NCBI GenBank assembly: GCA_950072105.1
Contig: CATMOE010000006.1
Location: 24,755-88,754, forward strand
DNA: 64,000 bases
Direction of reading: 5' to 3'
DNA from: an uncultured Dehalococcoidia bacterium
GTDB lineage: Bacteria > Chloroflexota > Dehalococcoidia > Lucifugimonadales > UBA3495
A model generated the notes under the pieces. It did not search any database, had not been told where the DNA came from, and saw only the letters and a list, made by a program, of their open reading frames with translations. Made by a program: the position numbers and the translations under genes. Positions 55,763 through 64,000 of this stretch are shown in pieces (position 1 is the stretch's first letter; the number at the start of each line of letters is the position of its first letter).

Positions 55763-56050
55763 ATGCTAAAATCGTTGGCGAGGGGCTTGTTCGGCAGGCT
55801 ACTGGGCTACGGAGGATTGGTCCTGGGGTTCTGGCTGCTTCGGGAAGCCTTCATAGAAGTCAGTTATCCGTTGGGCGTCTTGGGTGGTCTGGCGATTCTG
55901 GCGGCGATGTACGTGATTGTGAAGGCCAGAAGCCCACGTAGCGATTCCACGCAAGCTCAATATTCGAGCAACGAACTCTCTAAGACCGAGGAGGACGACC
56001 CTGGTGATTCCCTCGATGGAAGCAACGAAAGCGATAAACTACCACCGTAA
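55763..56050 (+). CDS. Small two-TM membrane protein
   Basis: Two hydrophobic helices and an acidic tail; overlaps the next gene by 47 bp. Confidence 0.55.
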   Translation: MLKSLARGLFGRLLGYGGLVLGFWLLREAFIEVSYPLGVLGGLAILAAMYVIVKARSPRSDSTQAQYSSNELSKTEEDDPGDSLDGSNESDKLPP

Positions 56051-56570
56051 GGATTCCTTGGTGGTGGCGACTTCATCGGCATTGCGGGAGTGGAACGGGG
56101 TCTCCCAGCGCCGGAATCTGGACGTAGACCTGACGGATTGCATGGACCGGGCCCCCGCGGTGGGTTTGGGATTGGCTTTGGCCCAGCCCAATCGCAAGGT
56201 ACTGGTCTTGGATTGCGACGCCACCCTGCGCACTGACTTGGGCGCATTGGCCACTGTGGGACAATCCGAAACGGAAAACCTGGTCCACTTCGTTTTCGAC
56301 GATGCTAACAGATCCTCCACCGACGGCTTACCCATCCACGGCGCGGACAACGTGAATCTGCTGGCTATGGCCGAGGGAGCGGGTTATGCCAAAACCTACC
56401 AGTTTGATGCCTTGGAGGAATTTCTCATCGGTTTGGAAGAAGTGATGGAACAGCCGGGGCCCGTGTTCGTGCTGGTAAAAGTTTTTCGGGATGGAGAGCA
56501 GTTGCCCTTCCCAGAGCGCCCGATGGCCGAAGGTTGGGGCGCCGTCCGCCAAACGCTCGTGAATACATAG
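56004..56570 (+). CDS. Second ComE-like subunit with degenerate TPP motif
   Basis: GAGGAGG RBS; shares VGLGLALAQPNRK with 55028 but has DCDAT for DGDGS and FDDAN for FDNG. Confidence 0.8.
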   Translation: MIPSMEATKAINYHRKDSLVVATSSALREWNGVSQRRNLDVDLTDCMDRAPAVGLGLALAQPNRKVLVLDCDATLRTDLGALATVGQSETENLVHFVFDDANRSSTDGLPIHGADNVNLLAMAEGAGYAKTYQFDALEEFLIGLEEVMEQPGPVFVLVKVFRDGEQLPFPERPMAEGWGAVRQTLVNT

Positions 56571-56676
56571 AACGGGAGCCCGTGATAGGGAGTGTCCAAT
56601 CTTCGACTGGAAGTTCTAGAGGGAAAACAGAAGAACGTTCGTCCAAGAGGTCCCGCAGGCTTACCGAACCCCCGAG

Positions 56677-57423
56677 TTAGGCGCTAGGCCGCACCAATAT
56701 CTGACTTGCCACGTTGTATCCGATGGGAACCCTGTTTCCTCCCGACGCCACCATGATAACGCCCAAGTACGGAGCAGCCTCATCCACGCTAATCTCATTG
56801 CCAGGTAGGATCAGGGCATCAGCCAAGAACTTGAGAAGCATGATGTCTTCTTCCGGTACCCGGTCGACCACATACGCAACATTAGCGGACGCGTCTTCCA
56901 AGGTCAGAGATCCGGGGAGTATCGCAGGAGCGCCGGTGCCGGGAATGGGCCGTCCGAAGGGTGACCGGTCAGGATATCCCAGCTTTTCCATGAGCTTTTC
57001 CTGGAATTCCTGGGACATACCGTGCTCCAGGCGGTGGGCTTCCACATAGGCTTTGTATAGGTCCATGCCAAGAAGGCTAACCACCAGCCATTCCGCCAAC
57101 CGGTGTCTTCGGGCGATGTCGGCGCCGCCCTCTATGCCTAGCTTGGTGAGCCGTATCCGTTTATCCTTGCCCATGTCGACCAAGCCTTGACGTTGCATGC
57201 GGCGGACCATGCCGGCCACCGATGGGACCGACGTCCCCAACCCTTCAGCGACCGGAACCTGTTTCAGGGTGTCGGTAAGCTGGGTAGTGGTGGGAGAAGA
57301 CGAATCTTCCCACAGCTTGTACAGGCACAGCAGATAGTTCTCTGTTCCCGGCGATAGACGCTCGTCGGGAGGGTCTTCTGCGGTACCTTTTACTCCGTTG
57401 CCAGTTTTTATCATTCGCGCCAT
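56677..57423 (-). CDS. DtxR/IdeR/MntR family metalloregulator with FeoA domain
   Basis: ENYL, PSV..M..R, RRHRLAE, EAHRLEH, P..SPFG.PIP. Confidence 0.9.
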   Translation of the reverse strand: MARMIKTGNGVKGTAEDPPDERLSPGTENYLLCLYKLWEDSSSPTTTQLTDTLKQVPVAEGLGTSVPSVAGMVRRMQRQGLVDMGKDKRIRLTKLGIEGGADIARRHRLAEWLVVSLLGMDLYKAYVEAHRLEHGMSQEFQEKLMEKLGYPDRSPFGRPIPGTGAPAILPGSLTLEDASANVAYVVDRVPEEDIMLLKFLADALILPGNEISVDEAAPYLGVIMVASGGNRVPIGYNVASQILVRPSA

Positions 57424-57444
57424 CGACTATCCACAGATCCCGGC

Positions 57445-58581
57445 CTAATCTCGATCTACCGCCCTGCCTTCCGAGAACGGTTTAAGGGAATGCCCCTGAC
57501 GCAGATCTACCGATACCGTGGTACCCACTGGTAGATCTTCAATATGAGACAGGAGACAACGCACGGAGTGGCCCGAAGGAAGGGCGACGCGATACAGATA
57601 GAACGGACCCCGAAATTCCCGACCGGTGATCCGTCCCTGCCCCTGGCCGGAAGGAACACAGCTCAGACAATCCGGACGCACCATCACCTCCAAGCTTTCG
57701 CCGGTATCCTCGAGGATCTCCATCGGCGGACCGAAGGGTCCTGAACCGTCCGGCCAAGAAACCGAGCCAACTTCCGTCATCAACTGGTCGCCCTGACGCC
57801 ATGCGGGAATAAAATCGACCATGCCGAAGAATTGAGCCACGAATCGAGTAGCGGGGTTATGAAAAATATCTTCCGGAGGCCCGATCTGTTCGATCCGGCC
57901 CTCATTCATAACCGCGACCATATCACCCACAAGTAAGGCTTCTTCCTGGTCGTGGGTAACGAATATGGCGGTGATGTTACCGTCTTTGAGAATCTGCAGA
58001 ACGTCCTGTCTCACCTGCTCCCGCAACTGAGGGTCCAGGTTGGAGAATGGCTCGTCCAGCAGCAGTACCTCCGGCTGTGGCGCCAAAGCTCGGGCCAGGG
58101 CCACTCGTTGCTGCTGCCCCCCTGAAAGTTCGTGGGGCATCCGGTCTCCCAGTCCATCCAGGCCAACCAGGTTCAGAACGTCGCCCACTCTCTTCTCCCG
58201 GCCATTTCCCCTGGGAAGACCGTAGGCAACGTTCTGCGCCACGGTTAGGTGGGGAAATAGAGCGCCTTCCTGGAAGACCATGCCAACGTTTCGCTTCTCC
58301 GGGGGCATGGCGTATCCCGGCTGGCATACCTGGCGGCCGCCCACCGTGATGACGCCTTCATCGGGCTGTTCAAAACCGGCGATAAGGCGCAAAGCCGTTG
58401 TTTTTCCGCATCCACTAGGACCGAGCAGCGCCACGATCTGACCCGGTAGCACCCTCAGATCTAGGCCCGCTATGGCGTTCACCTGGCCGAACCGTTTGGT
58501 AAGACCTTGGCACTCCAAGGCGGCTATCTGGGAGCTGGTGTCGTCCGGCTTAGTGTGAATGTGACCGGGGTGGCTCACCAT
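57445..58581 (-). CDS. Fe3+ ABC transporter ATPase (FbpC/FutC-like)
   Basis: GPSGCGKTT, PPEKR.VGMVFQ, LSGGQQQR, LLLDEPFSNLD, TOBE tail. Confidence 0.88.
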   Translation of the reverse strand: MVSHPGHIHTKPDDTSSQIAALECQGLTKRFGQVNAIAGLDLRVLPGQIVALLGPSGCGKTTALRLIAGFEQPDEGVITVGGRQVCQPGYAMPPEKRNVGMVFQEGALFPHLTVAQNVAYGLPRGNGREKRVGDVLNLVGLDGLGDRMPHELSGGQQQRVALARALAPQPEVLLLDEPFSNLDPQLREQVRQDVLQILKDGNITAIFVTHDQEEALLVGDMVAVMNEGRIEQIGPPEDIFHNPATRFVAQFFGMVDFIPAWRQGDQLMTEVGSVSWPDGSGPFGPPMEILEDTGESLEVMVRPDCLSCVPSGQGQGRITGREFRGPFYLYRVALPSGHSVRCLLSHIEDLPVGTTVSVDLRQGHSLKPFSEGRAVDRD

Positions 58582-58728
58582 TCGAATCGACCGTTCCTAG
58601 CGTTAGCAGTTCAGGCGCTGGGCAAATGACGGTTATTCGGCCCAACCAGTCAGTAACTAAATCTAGCCATTCACCGCTACCAATAGCATGCATCAAAATT
58701 AACTATACATCTACTGTAGCAGAAAGTT

Positions 58729-58757
58729 AGTGTAGACATTTAATCGTCCAATGTCAA
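58729..58757 (-). promoter_or_regulatory. Promoter of the ATPase-DtxR unit
   Basis: TTGACA-N17-TACACT on the minus strand. Confidence 0.7.
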
Positions 58758-58925
58758 CCGAAATCGTTGGCTCAATTTACGAGCAAAAACAGCCATGCCA
58801 GTCCGATATATCGGGCCTGAGGCGCATAGGATTCGGAGAATAACCATGGTCTTCCCTTGCCAAATATCAATGCATTACGTATCGGTTTTAGATATAATTT
58901 TGCCTCAAAATGTCATTTCATTGTA

Positions 58926-58954
58926 TTGACATATCAATCATGGAACGGTATAGT
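58926..58954 (+). promoter_or_regulatory. Promoter of the Fe-binding protein/permease unit
   Basis: TTGACA-N17-TATAGT; palindrome ATTGA-CATA-TCAAT over the -35. Confidence 0.75.
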
Positions 58955-59105
58955 CCGACGTTAAATAATGATGCCCATATTATGCTAGTAAGCCCATACA
59001 CTAAAGCAATCTTTGATCGGCCATGTCAGACCTCTGACAGGTCTCTCCAAAGTGACGATATGCGGTGGACCACACCGAAAATGTTCATTTTAGGAGGTCG
59101 ACCTC

Positions 59106-59156
59106 ATGAGCCGGGTTTCCGCGTTCCATCCACTCATTCCTTTTTTAAATATATAG
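59106..59156 (+). other. 16-codon uORF with strong RBS; its TAG overlaps the GTG of the Fe-binding protein
   Basis: AGGAGG-N8-ATG; MSRVSAFHPLIPFLNI*; contains in-frame T TTT TTA. Confidence 0.45.
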
Positions 59157-60205
59157 TGGCCGGCGCCGGACGGCCAAGCGCTGGTCTGCGGTGGCTATTA
59201 GCCATCCTGTCATTGGCCGCTATCCTAACGGGCTGCTCCGGTGGGGCTGACAAAGAGACCGTGGCAGCGGCGGGATCTCCTGGGAAGCTCACCATTTACT
59301 CGGGCCGCAGCTCGTCGCTGGTCGATCCGATCATTCAACAATTCGGTCGAGCCTCGGGGATAAAGATAGCGGTAAAGTACGCCAACACCGCCCAGTTGGC
59401 GGCTACTCTATTAGAAGAAGGAGACAGGACACCCGCGGACATATTCTTCGCTCAAGACCCGGGTGGCTTAGCAGCGGTGGAGCATATGCTGGCTCCTCTG
59501 GACGCGACGATTCTGGACCGGGTGCCGGACTGGGCCCGGTCCCCGGACGGCAAATGGGTCGGCCTGTCGGGTCGAGCGCGAACGGTTGTGTACAACACCG
59601 AAACTCTGACCGAAGCGGACCTGCCAGACGACATGTTCGGATTTACCGACCCCAAGTGGAAAGGGCGCATCGGCTGGGCGCCCACCAACGCGTCGTTTCA
59701 GACCATGGTTTCCGCCATGCACTCTATATGGGGTGAGGATAAAACCCTCCAGTGGCTTGAAGGAATCCAGGCCAATGACCCGAAGGTATACCCCAAGAAC
59801 ACCCCCCAGGTGGCTGCGGTGGCCACCGGCGAGATCGACGTGGGCTTCGTCAATCACTATTACCTTTTCCGCTTTTTGGCGGAGGAGGGTGAGTCCTTTC
59901 CAGCCCGTAACTACCATCCTAGGACCGGCGGCCCGGGCGCGACCGTCATGGTAGCCGGGGCCGGAGTCTTAGCCGCCTCCGAAAACAAAGAGGTGGCGCA
60001 GCGGTTCCTGGAGTTCATGCTTTCCAAGGTTGGCCAGCAATATTTCGCGGGACAAACATTCGAGTACCCGCTGGTGGAAGGGGTCAACACCCCCAAAGTT
60101 CTTACGCCACTATCCGGATTTAGTCATCCTGATATTCCGATAAAGGACTTGGGAGACCTGAAGGGCACTCAAGACCTACTCCGCCGGGCCGGCGTAACCC
60201 CCTAG
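59156..60205 (+). CDS. Fe3+ ABC transporter substrate-binding lipoprotein (FutA/FbpA-like); start uncertain
   Basis: Lipobox LTGC; YSGR, EG..TPAD, GRAR, WAPTNASFQ, NHYY iron ligands, EYP. Confidence 0.9.
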   Translation: MAGAGRPSAGLRWLLAILSLAAILTGCSGGADKETVAAAGSPGKLTIYSGRSSSLVDPIIQQFGRASGIKIAVKYANTAQLAATLLEEGDRTPADIFFAQDPGGLAAVEHMLAPLDATILDRVPDWARSPDGKWVGLSGRARTVVYNTETLTEADLPDDMFGFTDPKWKGRIGWAPTNASFQTMVSAMHSIWGEDKTLQWLEGIQANDPKVYPKNTPQVAAVATGEIDVGFVNHYYLFRFLAEEGESFPARNYHPRTGGPGATVMVAGAGVLAASENKEVAQRFLEFMLSKVGQQYFAGQTFEYPLVEGVNTPKVLTPLSGFSHPDIPIKDLGDLKGTQDLLRRAGVTP

Positions 60206-60207
60206 AG

Positions 60208-61848
60208 ATGTTGGGGATAACCACCGGCGGATTCAAGTCATTGGGCCGGGCAATCTCGATGCGATACCGGTTCTTGCTAACCAAACCGGGACGCCCCCCG
60301 GTCTTATTGTTGCTGGCCGCCGTGTCCGTCGCGGCGGTCTTGCTGTTATCTCCCTCTTACCTGCTCCTACGTACTTTGGGGGCAGGACCGGAAGTCTGGG
60401 ACCTTCTGATCCGCATTAGGGTGCTGGAGATACTGGGCCGCACCCTACTCTTGGTAGGCGTGGTGACCGGAGCCTCCATCCTGCTGGCCATCCCCTTGGC
60501 CTGGTTGACCGTTCGCACCGACCTTCCATTTAAAACCGTCTGGTCGGTGGCCACCGCGTTGCCTTTGGTGATTCCCAGCTACGTGGCCGGCTTCATCGTG
60601 GTGGTGACCCTGGGACCGAAAGGCATGCTCCAAGGACTGATGGAGGGTATGTTCGGCCTGGAGCGGCTGCCGGACATCTCCGGCTTCCCCGGCGCCGCTT
60701 TGACCCTCACTCTGCTCAGCTACCCTTACGTACTATTAACCGTGCGGGCAGCCTTCTTGCGGTTGGACCCATCACTGGAGGAGATATCCCGGGGGTTGGG
60801 CCGAAACCCCTGGGCCACTTTCTTCGGGGTAATCCTGCCGTCATTGCGCCCCGCCATAGCCGCCGGCGGCCTGTTGGTAGCCCTGTACGCCTTGGCCGAT
60901 TTTGGCGCTGTTTCCCTACTACGATTTGAAACGTTTACCTGGGCTATCTTCTTGCAATACGAATCGGCGTTGGACCGGGGATTGGCGGCCGCCTTATCCT
61001 TGGTTCTGATTGCCATTGCCTTAACCCTGGTGGGCGGCGAGGCCTTCACCCGAGGCCATTGGCGTTATTACCGAAGCGGTTCCGGCGCCACGCGGCCCCA
61101 TGCGCCGGTGCGCCTGGGCCGCTGGCGGTGGCCGGCATTGGCGCTATGCGCCGCGGTTGTCATGGCGTCCCTGGTTCTGCCCATGTCAGTCCTCGCCTAT
61201 TGGGTTTTCCGGGGCGTTTCCGCCGGAGAACCGCTGCTTCTGTTGTGGGAAGCCGCCCGTAACTCAGTCTACGTCTCCGCCATCGCCGCCGGTGCTTGCG
61301 TGGCGGCGGCGCTACCCATAGCCGCGCTGTCGGTGCGTTTCCCCGGCATGTTGAGCGGGACCTTGGAGCGGATCGCCTACATCGGGTTCGCTCTTCCCGG
61401 AATCGCCATCGCCTTGTCGTTGGTATTCTTCGGGGCGAATTACGCACCCTTGCTCTACCAAACCACCGGCCTGCTGGTGTTGGGCTACGTGGTGCTATTC
61501 GTTTCGGCGGCGGTGGGAGCTGTCCGTAGTTCCTTCTTGCAGGTAAGCCCCAATGTGGAAGAAGCGGCCAGGGGATTGGGACGGACACCCTTGGGAGTAT
61601 TTGCGTCGGTTACCCTCCCGTTGGTGCGGCCCGGCATCGTATCCGGCGCCGCCCTGGTTTTTTTGCTGACGATGAAAGAATTGCCCGCGACGCTGATATT
61701 AAGTCCCATAGGTTTCCAGACTTTGGCAACTTCCATCTGGTCGGCGGCATCCGAAGCATTTTTCGCCCAAGCGGCGGCTCCGGCCCTGCTGCTGATCCTG
61801 ACTTCCTCGATCCCTCTGGCGTTTCTTCTGCTGCGCGGTCGCCAATAG
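60208..61848 (+). CDS. Fe3+ ABC transporter permease (FbpB/FutB-like)
   Basis: Two EAA-type loops (LEEISRGLG, VEEAARGLG); PYV, DFG, KELPAT. Confidence 0.9.
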   Translation: MLGITTGGFKSLGRAISMRYRFLLTKPGRPPVLLLLAAVSVAAVLLLSPSYLLLRTLGAGPEVWDLLIRIRVLEILGRTLLLVGVVTGASILLAIPLAWLTVRTDLPFKTVWSVATALPLVIPSYVAGFIVVVTLGPKGMLQGLMEGMFGLERLPDISGFPGAALTLTLLSYPYVLLTVRAAFLRLDPSLEEISRGLGRNPWATFFGVILPSLRPAIAAGGLLVALYALADFGAVSLLRFETFTWAIFLQYESALDRGLAAALSLVLIAIALTLVGGEAFTRGHWRYYRSGSGATRPHAPVRLGRWRWPALALCAAVVMASLVLPMSVLAYWVFRGVSAGEPLLLLWEAARNSVYVSAIAAGACVAAALPIAALSVRFPGMLSGTLERIAYIGFALPGIAIALSLVFFGANYAPLLYQTTGLLVLGYVVLFVSAAVGAVRSSFLQVSPNVEEAARGLGRTPLGVFASVTLPLVRPGIVSGAALVFLLTMKELPATLILSPIGFQTLATSIWSAASEAFFAQAAAPALLLILTSSIPLAFLLLRGRQ

Positions 61849-61907
61849 GCTATAATTTGGCGGCATCGGACGGATCGGAATCCCCCCTTCCGGGAGGTTG
61901 GACAACA

Positions 61908-62288
61908 ATGCTCCACTGGGAAGTGGGAGGGTCTATCAACATCGGGTGGCCCGACTTCGGCGTTCCTGAGCGGGAATACACTTAGGTCGAGGTTGACCGG
62001 CACGGCCAGGTGTTCCGGGCCAGGGTTACCGACGGTCAGAAAGAGGGTGGTTTCTTAGTGGTGTTCGACTGACCAGAGGTGGTTCTGGAGATGCTGGCCG
62101 AGCAGGCCAACCAGTCATTAGACTTCAAAACCGTCGTCTCAAGCCTGCGCTGCAGTATAGACGGCACGGTGTTACGAAGCTTCGATTACGAATGGTATCC
62201 AACGCCGGAGTATGCCGGCCGTCCATCGTTGCTCACGAAAACCATCGCGGATTCTCTGGACTCCATGCGCCGGACCACCGGAGATTGA
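61908..62288 (+). pseudogene. 126-codon ORF interrupted by in-frame TAG (61983) and TGA (62070); pseudogene or recoded gene
   Basis: TATAAT at 61851, GGGAGG RBS, ATG 61908 in frame with track ORF 62079-62288; protein-like sequence continues across both stops. Confidence 0.65.
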
Positions 62289-62347
62289 CCCCACTATCCC
62301 CATGACTAGAACGCCAGGCTAATCACCTGGTTGAAAAGAGGTCGAAA

Positions 62348-62944
62348 ATGACCCAGGATAACAAACTATCTTCCACGACGGCCGCCATTCCAGACACCAA
62401 AGTCACGGTCTACGAAGCTTTGTACCGGCGGCGCATGTCCTGGGATTTTCAGGACCGTCCCGTCGCCAAAGAGGTTGTGGAACGAATGCTGTCGACTGCG
62501 GTTTGGGCGCCCAACCACCGGTTGACGGAGCCTTGGCGCTTCTTCGTGGTGAATAAGGACAGCGGCATCAGGAACATACTTGGCGACATGGCTTTCGAGG
62601 CGTCGATGGACCGCAACAACAACCCGGACCGGGCGGAAAAAACGAGACAGGCCCAGCTAGATCCTCCCATCCTCATTTACGTTTACACCGTGCCCGGAAC
62701 CAACGAAAGCGCCACCACCGAGAATTACGCTTCCGTGTGCTGTGCCGTTCAAAACATATCCCTGACCGGAGTCGCTGAAGGCTTGGCGGTCACTTGGGAA
62801 ACCGGTGGCATCACCGGTCACCCCCGCCTTAGTGAGACCCTGGGCGCCGATGCCGAGTGGAGCCTTGTGGGGTTGCTATCCGTAGGCATTCCCGCCGGAC
62901 CCCTGGAATCTAGACGTACATCCGCCGAAAACTTTACGACCTGA
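62348..62944 (+). CDS. Nitroreductase family protein (YdjA-like)
   Basis: RR, WAPNHRLTEPWRF, AVQN..L...EGL..W.TG. Confidence 0.9.
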   Translation: MTQDNKLSSTTAAIPDTKVTVYEALYRRRMSWDFQDRPVAKEVVERMLSTAVWAPNHRLTEPWRFFVVNKDSGIRNILGDMAFEASMDRNNNPDRAEKTRQAQLDPPILIYVYTVPGTNESATTENYASVCCAVQNISLTGVAEGLAVTWETGGITGHPRLSETLGADAEWSLVGLLSVGIPAGPLESRRTSAENFTT

Positions 62945-63074
62945 GTGTAGAGAGCCGCATTCATGGACTTGACCACTGCTCCAATGTATCATTACCGGCG
63001 TTGGCCGGTGGCCGACGGCTCCGAAGGTTAATCATCGGATTTAATTCGTACAAACATCTTGAAAGGAGAGAGAC

Positions 63075-63443
63075 ATGAGAAAGATTACATTGAGCTCGGG
63101 TTCCAAAACCGAGGTGGAATTGGGCGGACTCTTTACCGGGACCCGGGTTTGGCGGCAGTCGTCGTTTAACCCAGAGGATTTTACCAATCTAAACTTCGGA
63201 ATAGTCGCTTTCGACGCCGGCTCCCGCAATAAGTTCCACAAGCATTCCAGTGACCAGATCCTGATAATCACCGAGGGCACTGGCACCGTCGCATCCGACA
63301 CCGAGAGTCTAACGGTTACCGAGGGCGACGTCGTGGTGATTCCAGCTCAGGAGAACCATTGGCACGGCGCTCCCGACGCTACTGCGATGACCCACATTAC
63401 CGTGACGGCCAAGGGCAGCCAGACTGAGCAGACTGAAGCCTAG
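63075..63443 (+). CDS. Cupin-2 domain protein
   Basis: HKH..DQIL..TEG.G, GDVV.IPA...HWHGA, MTH. Confidence 0.9.
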   Translation: MRKITLSSGSKTEVELGGLFTGTRVWRQSSFNPEDFTNLNFGIVAFDAGSRNKFHKHSSDQILIITEGTGTVASDTESLTVTEGDVVVIPAQENHWHGAPDATAMTHITVTAKGSQTEQTEA

Positions 63444-63470
63444 CCAACTTACCCGTTTACCCGGCAAGTC

Positions 63471-63512
63471 AAAGAGTCCCGGCGGCAATCACGCTAAGAC
63501 GGGACTCTTTCT
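63471..63512 (+). terminator. Probable terminator hairpin
   Basis: AAAGAGTCCCG...CGGGACTCTTT-CT. Confidence 0.65.
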
Positions 63513-63522
63513 ATTACCGATA

Positions 63523-63753
63523 TGTCATTCTGAGGAGCGGGGCGACGAAAGAATCTAGCCCCATCGCAATGAGAGATTATTCGCTTCCCTCAGAATCGTT
63601 CATGCTGGTTGGCGCCAGCACCACAGCCCACGATAATGGGCGATTCGTGTCACTCCGAGCCTTCGGCGGAAGGAGAGGAGTCTCATGCCTGGTTGTAGCC
63701 GTCAACCGAGATTCCTCGCCGCCCTTCCGCCGAAGGGCTGGTGTCGGAATGAC
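63523..63753. repeat. Cluster of REP-like family C doublets (GTCATTC...GAATCT / AGATTC...GAATGAC)
   Basis: GTCATTCTGAGGAGCG...GAATCT; GAGATTATTCGCTTCCCTCAGAAT; GTCACTCCGAGCCTTCGGCGGAAGG...; ...CCTTCCGCCGAAGGGCT...CGGAATGAC. Confidence 0.65.
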
Positions 63754-63856
63754 GAAGCGTGCGGCTGAAGGTTGGCAACTCTAACTTCGGAGCGATGACG
63801 GCCAAGGGCTTCGCCACGCCTACAGATGTAGTCAGCGAAGAACCGTTGCCAATGAT

Positions 63857-64000
63857 TTACGCCGGATGCGCCTGAACCCACTCGGCGAGAACCATGATGG
63901 TTTCCTCCAGGCTTCGCTCCGTGTCCCGGCTCTCAGGGGTCTCGTCACCCATGGAAGTGCTACCGATCATTCGGTACATATCGGCTACACCCTGGAATAA
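63857..64000 (-). CDS. 3' end of a gene entering from the window edge; resembles the C-terminus of DUF1932-containing NAD(P)-dependent oxidoreductases
   Basis: Manual translation ...LFQGVADMYRMIGSTSMGDETPESRDTERSLEETIMVLAEWVQAHPA*. Confidence 0.55.
   Translation of the reverse strand, partial: LFQGVADMYRMIGSTSMGDETPESRDTERSLEETIMVLAEWVQAHPA

Noticed and set aside
58964..58982. Fur box-like AATAATGATGCCCATATTA
   Set aside because: Only about 12/19 match in an AT-rich region, and the local regulator is DtxR-type; too weak to call
63569..63784. 71-aa ORF (also 8938-9132, 11253-11546, 17422-17625, 47546-47749)
   Set aside because: Translations of REP-like repeats (e.g. LRQAQDER), not genes
1..64000. 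CRISPR array, IS/transposase, integrase or prophage
   Set aside because: No regularly spaced 23-47 bp repeats with unique spacers and no such proteins; the repeats present are dispersed palindromes or coding repeats
1..64000. Genome-wide stop-codon reassignment suggested by several in-frame stops
   Set aside because: Conserved genes end at their normal C-termini with TAG (secE, nusG, etfB, panC, gatC, asnS), TGA (gatA, VOC 27933, SDR 49598) and TAA (tuf, cyclase)

Overview
GC-rich (roughly 60% by eye) bacterial chromosomal window. The gene content (many Rieske, VOC, SDR and TPP paralogs, Dehalococcoides-like core genes, a pan-motif leader) suggests Chloroflexota/Dehalococcoidia, SAR202-like; this is an inference. 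Layout: tRNA-Thr/Tyr/Thr-tuf-rpmG-secE-nusG-rplK operon (minus strand, 1-3015). A dispersed aromatic-oxidation region (3.4-35 kb) with two ring-hydroxylating Rieske alpha subunits and one beta, a PhtA/LigX-type Rieske oxygenase, a Rieske ferredoxin, type I and LigB-type extradiol dioxygenases, two gentisate-type cupin dioxygenases, SDRs, a TPP enzyme, a cyclase and etfBA. A pantothenate operon (S58/DmpA hydrolase-DUF2520-panB-panC, no panD) behind a pan-motif-like leader and terminator. A secreted coiled-coil/repeat protein with a bPH partner, sbcD, RNase P RNA, a Zur-ZnuACB locus with operator boxes, gatC-gatA-asnS, a degenerate DNA-methylase-like gene, comD/comE-like genes with an extra degenerate beta copy, and a DtxR-linked Fe3+ ABC system. 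No CRISPR array, IS transposase or prophage was seen. The most notable observations: a palindromic repeat family that also sits in-frame inside gatA; RNase P RNA with a clean two-hairpin insertion in P18; the panD-less pan operon headed by a beta-aminopeptidase-family gene; an ORF absent from the ORF track with in-frame TAG and TGA; and a slippery-site uORF in front of the iron-binding protein.
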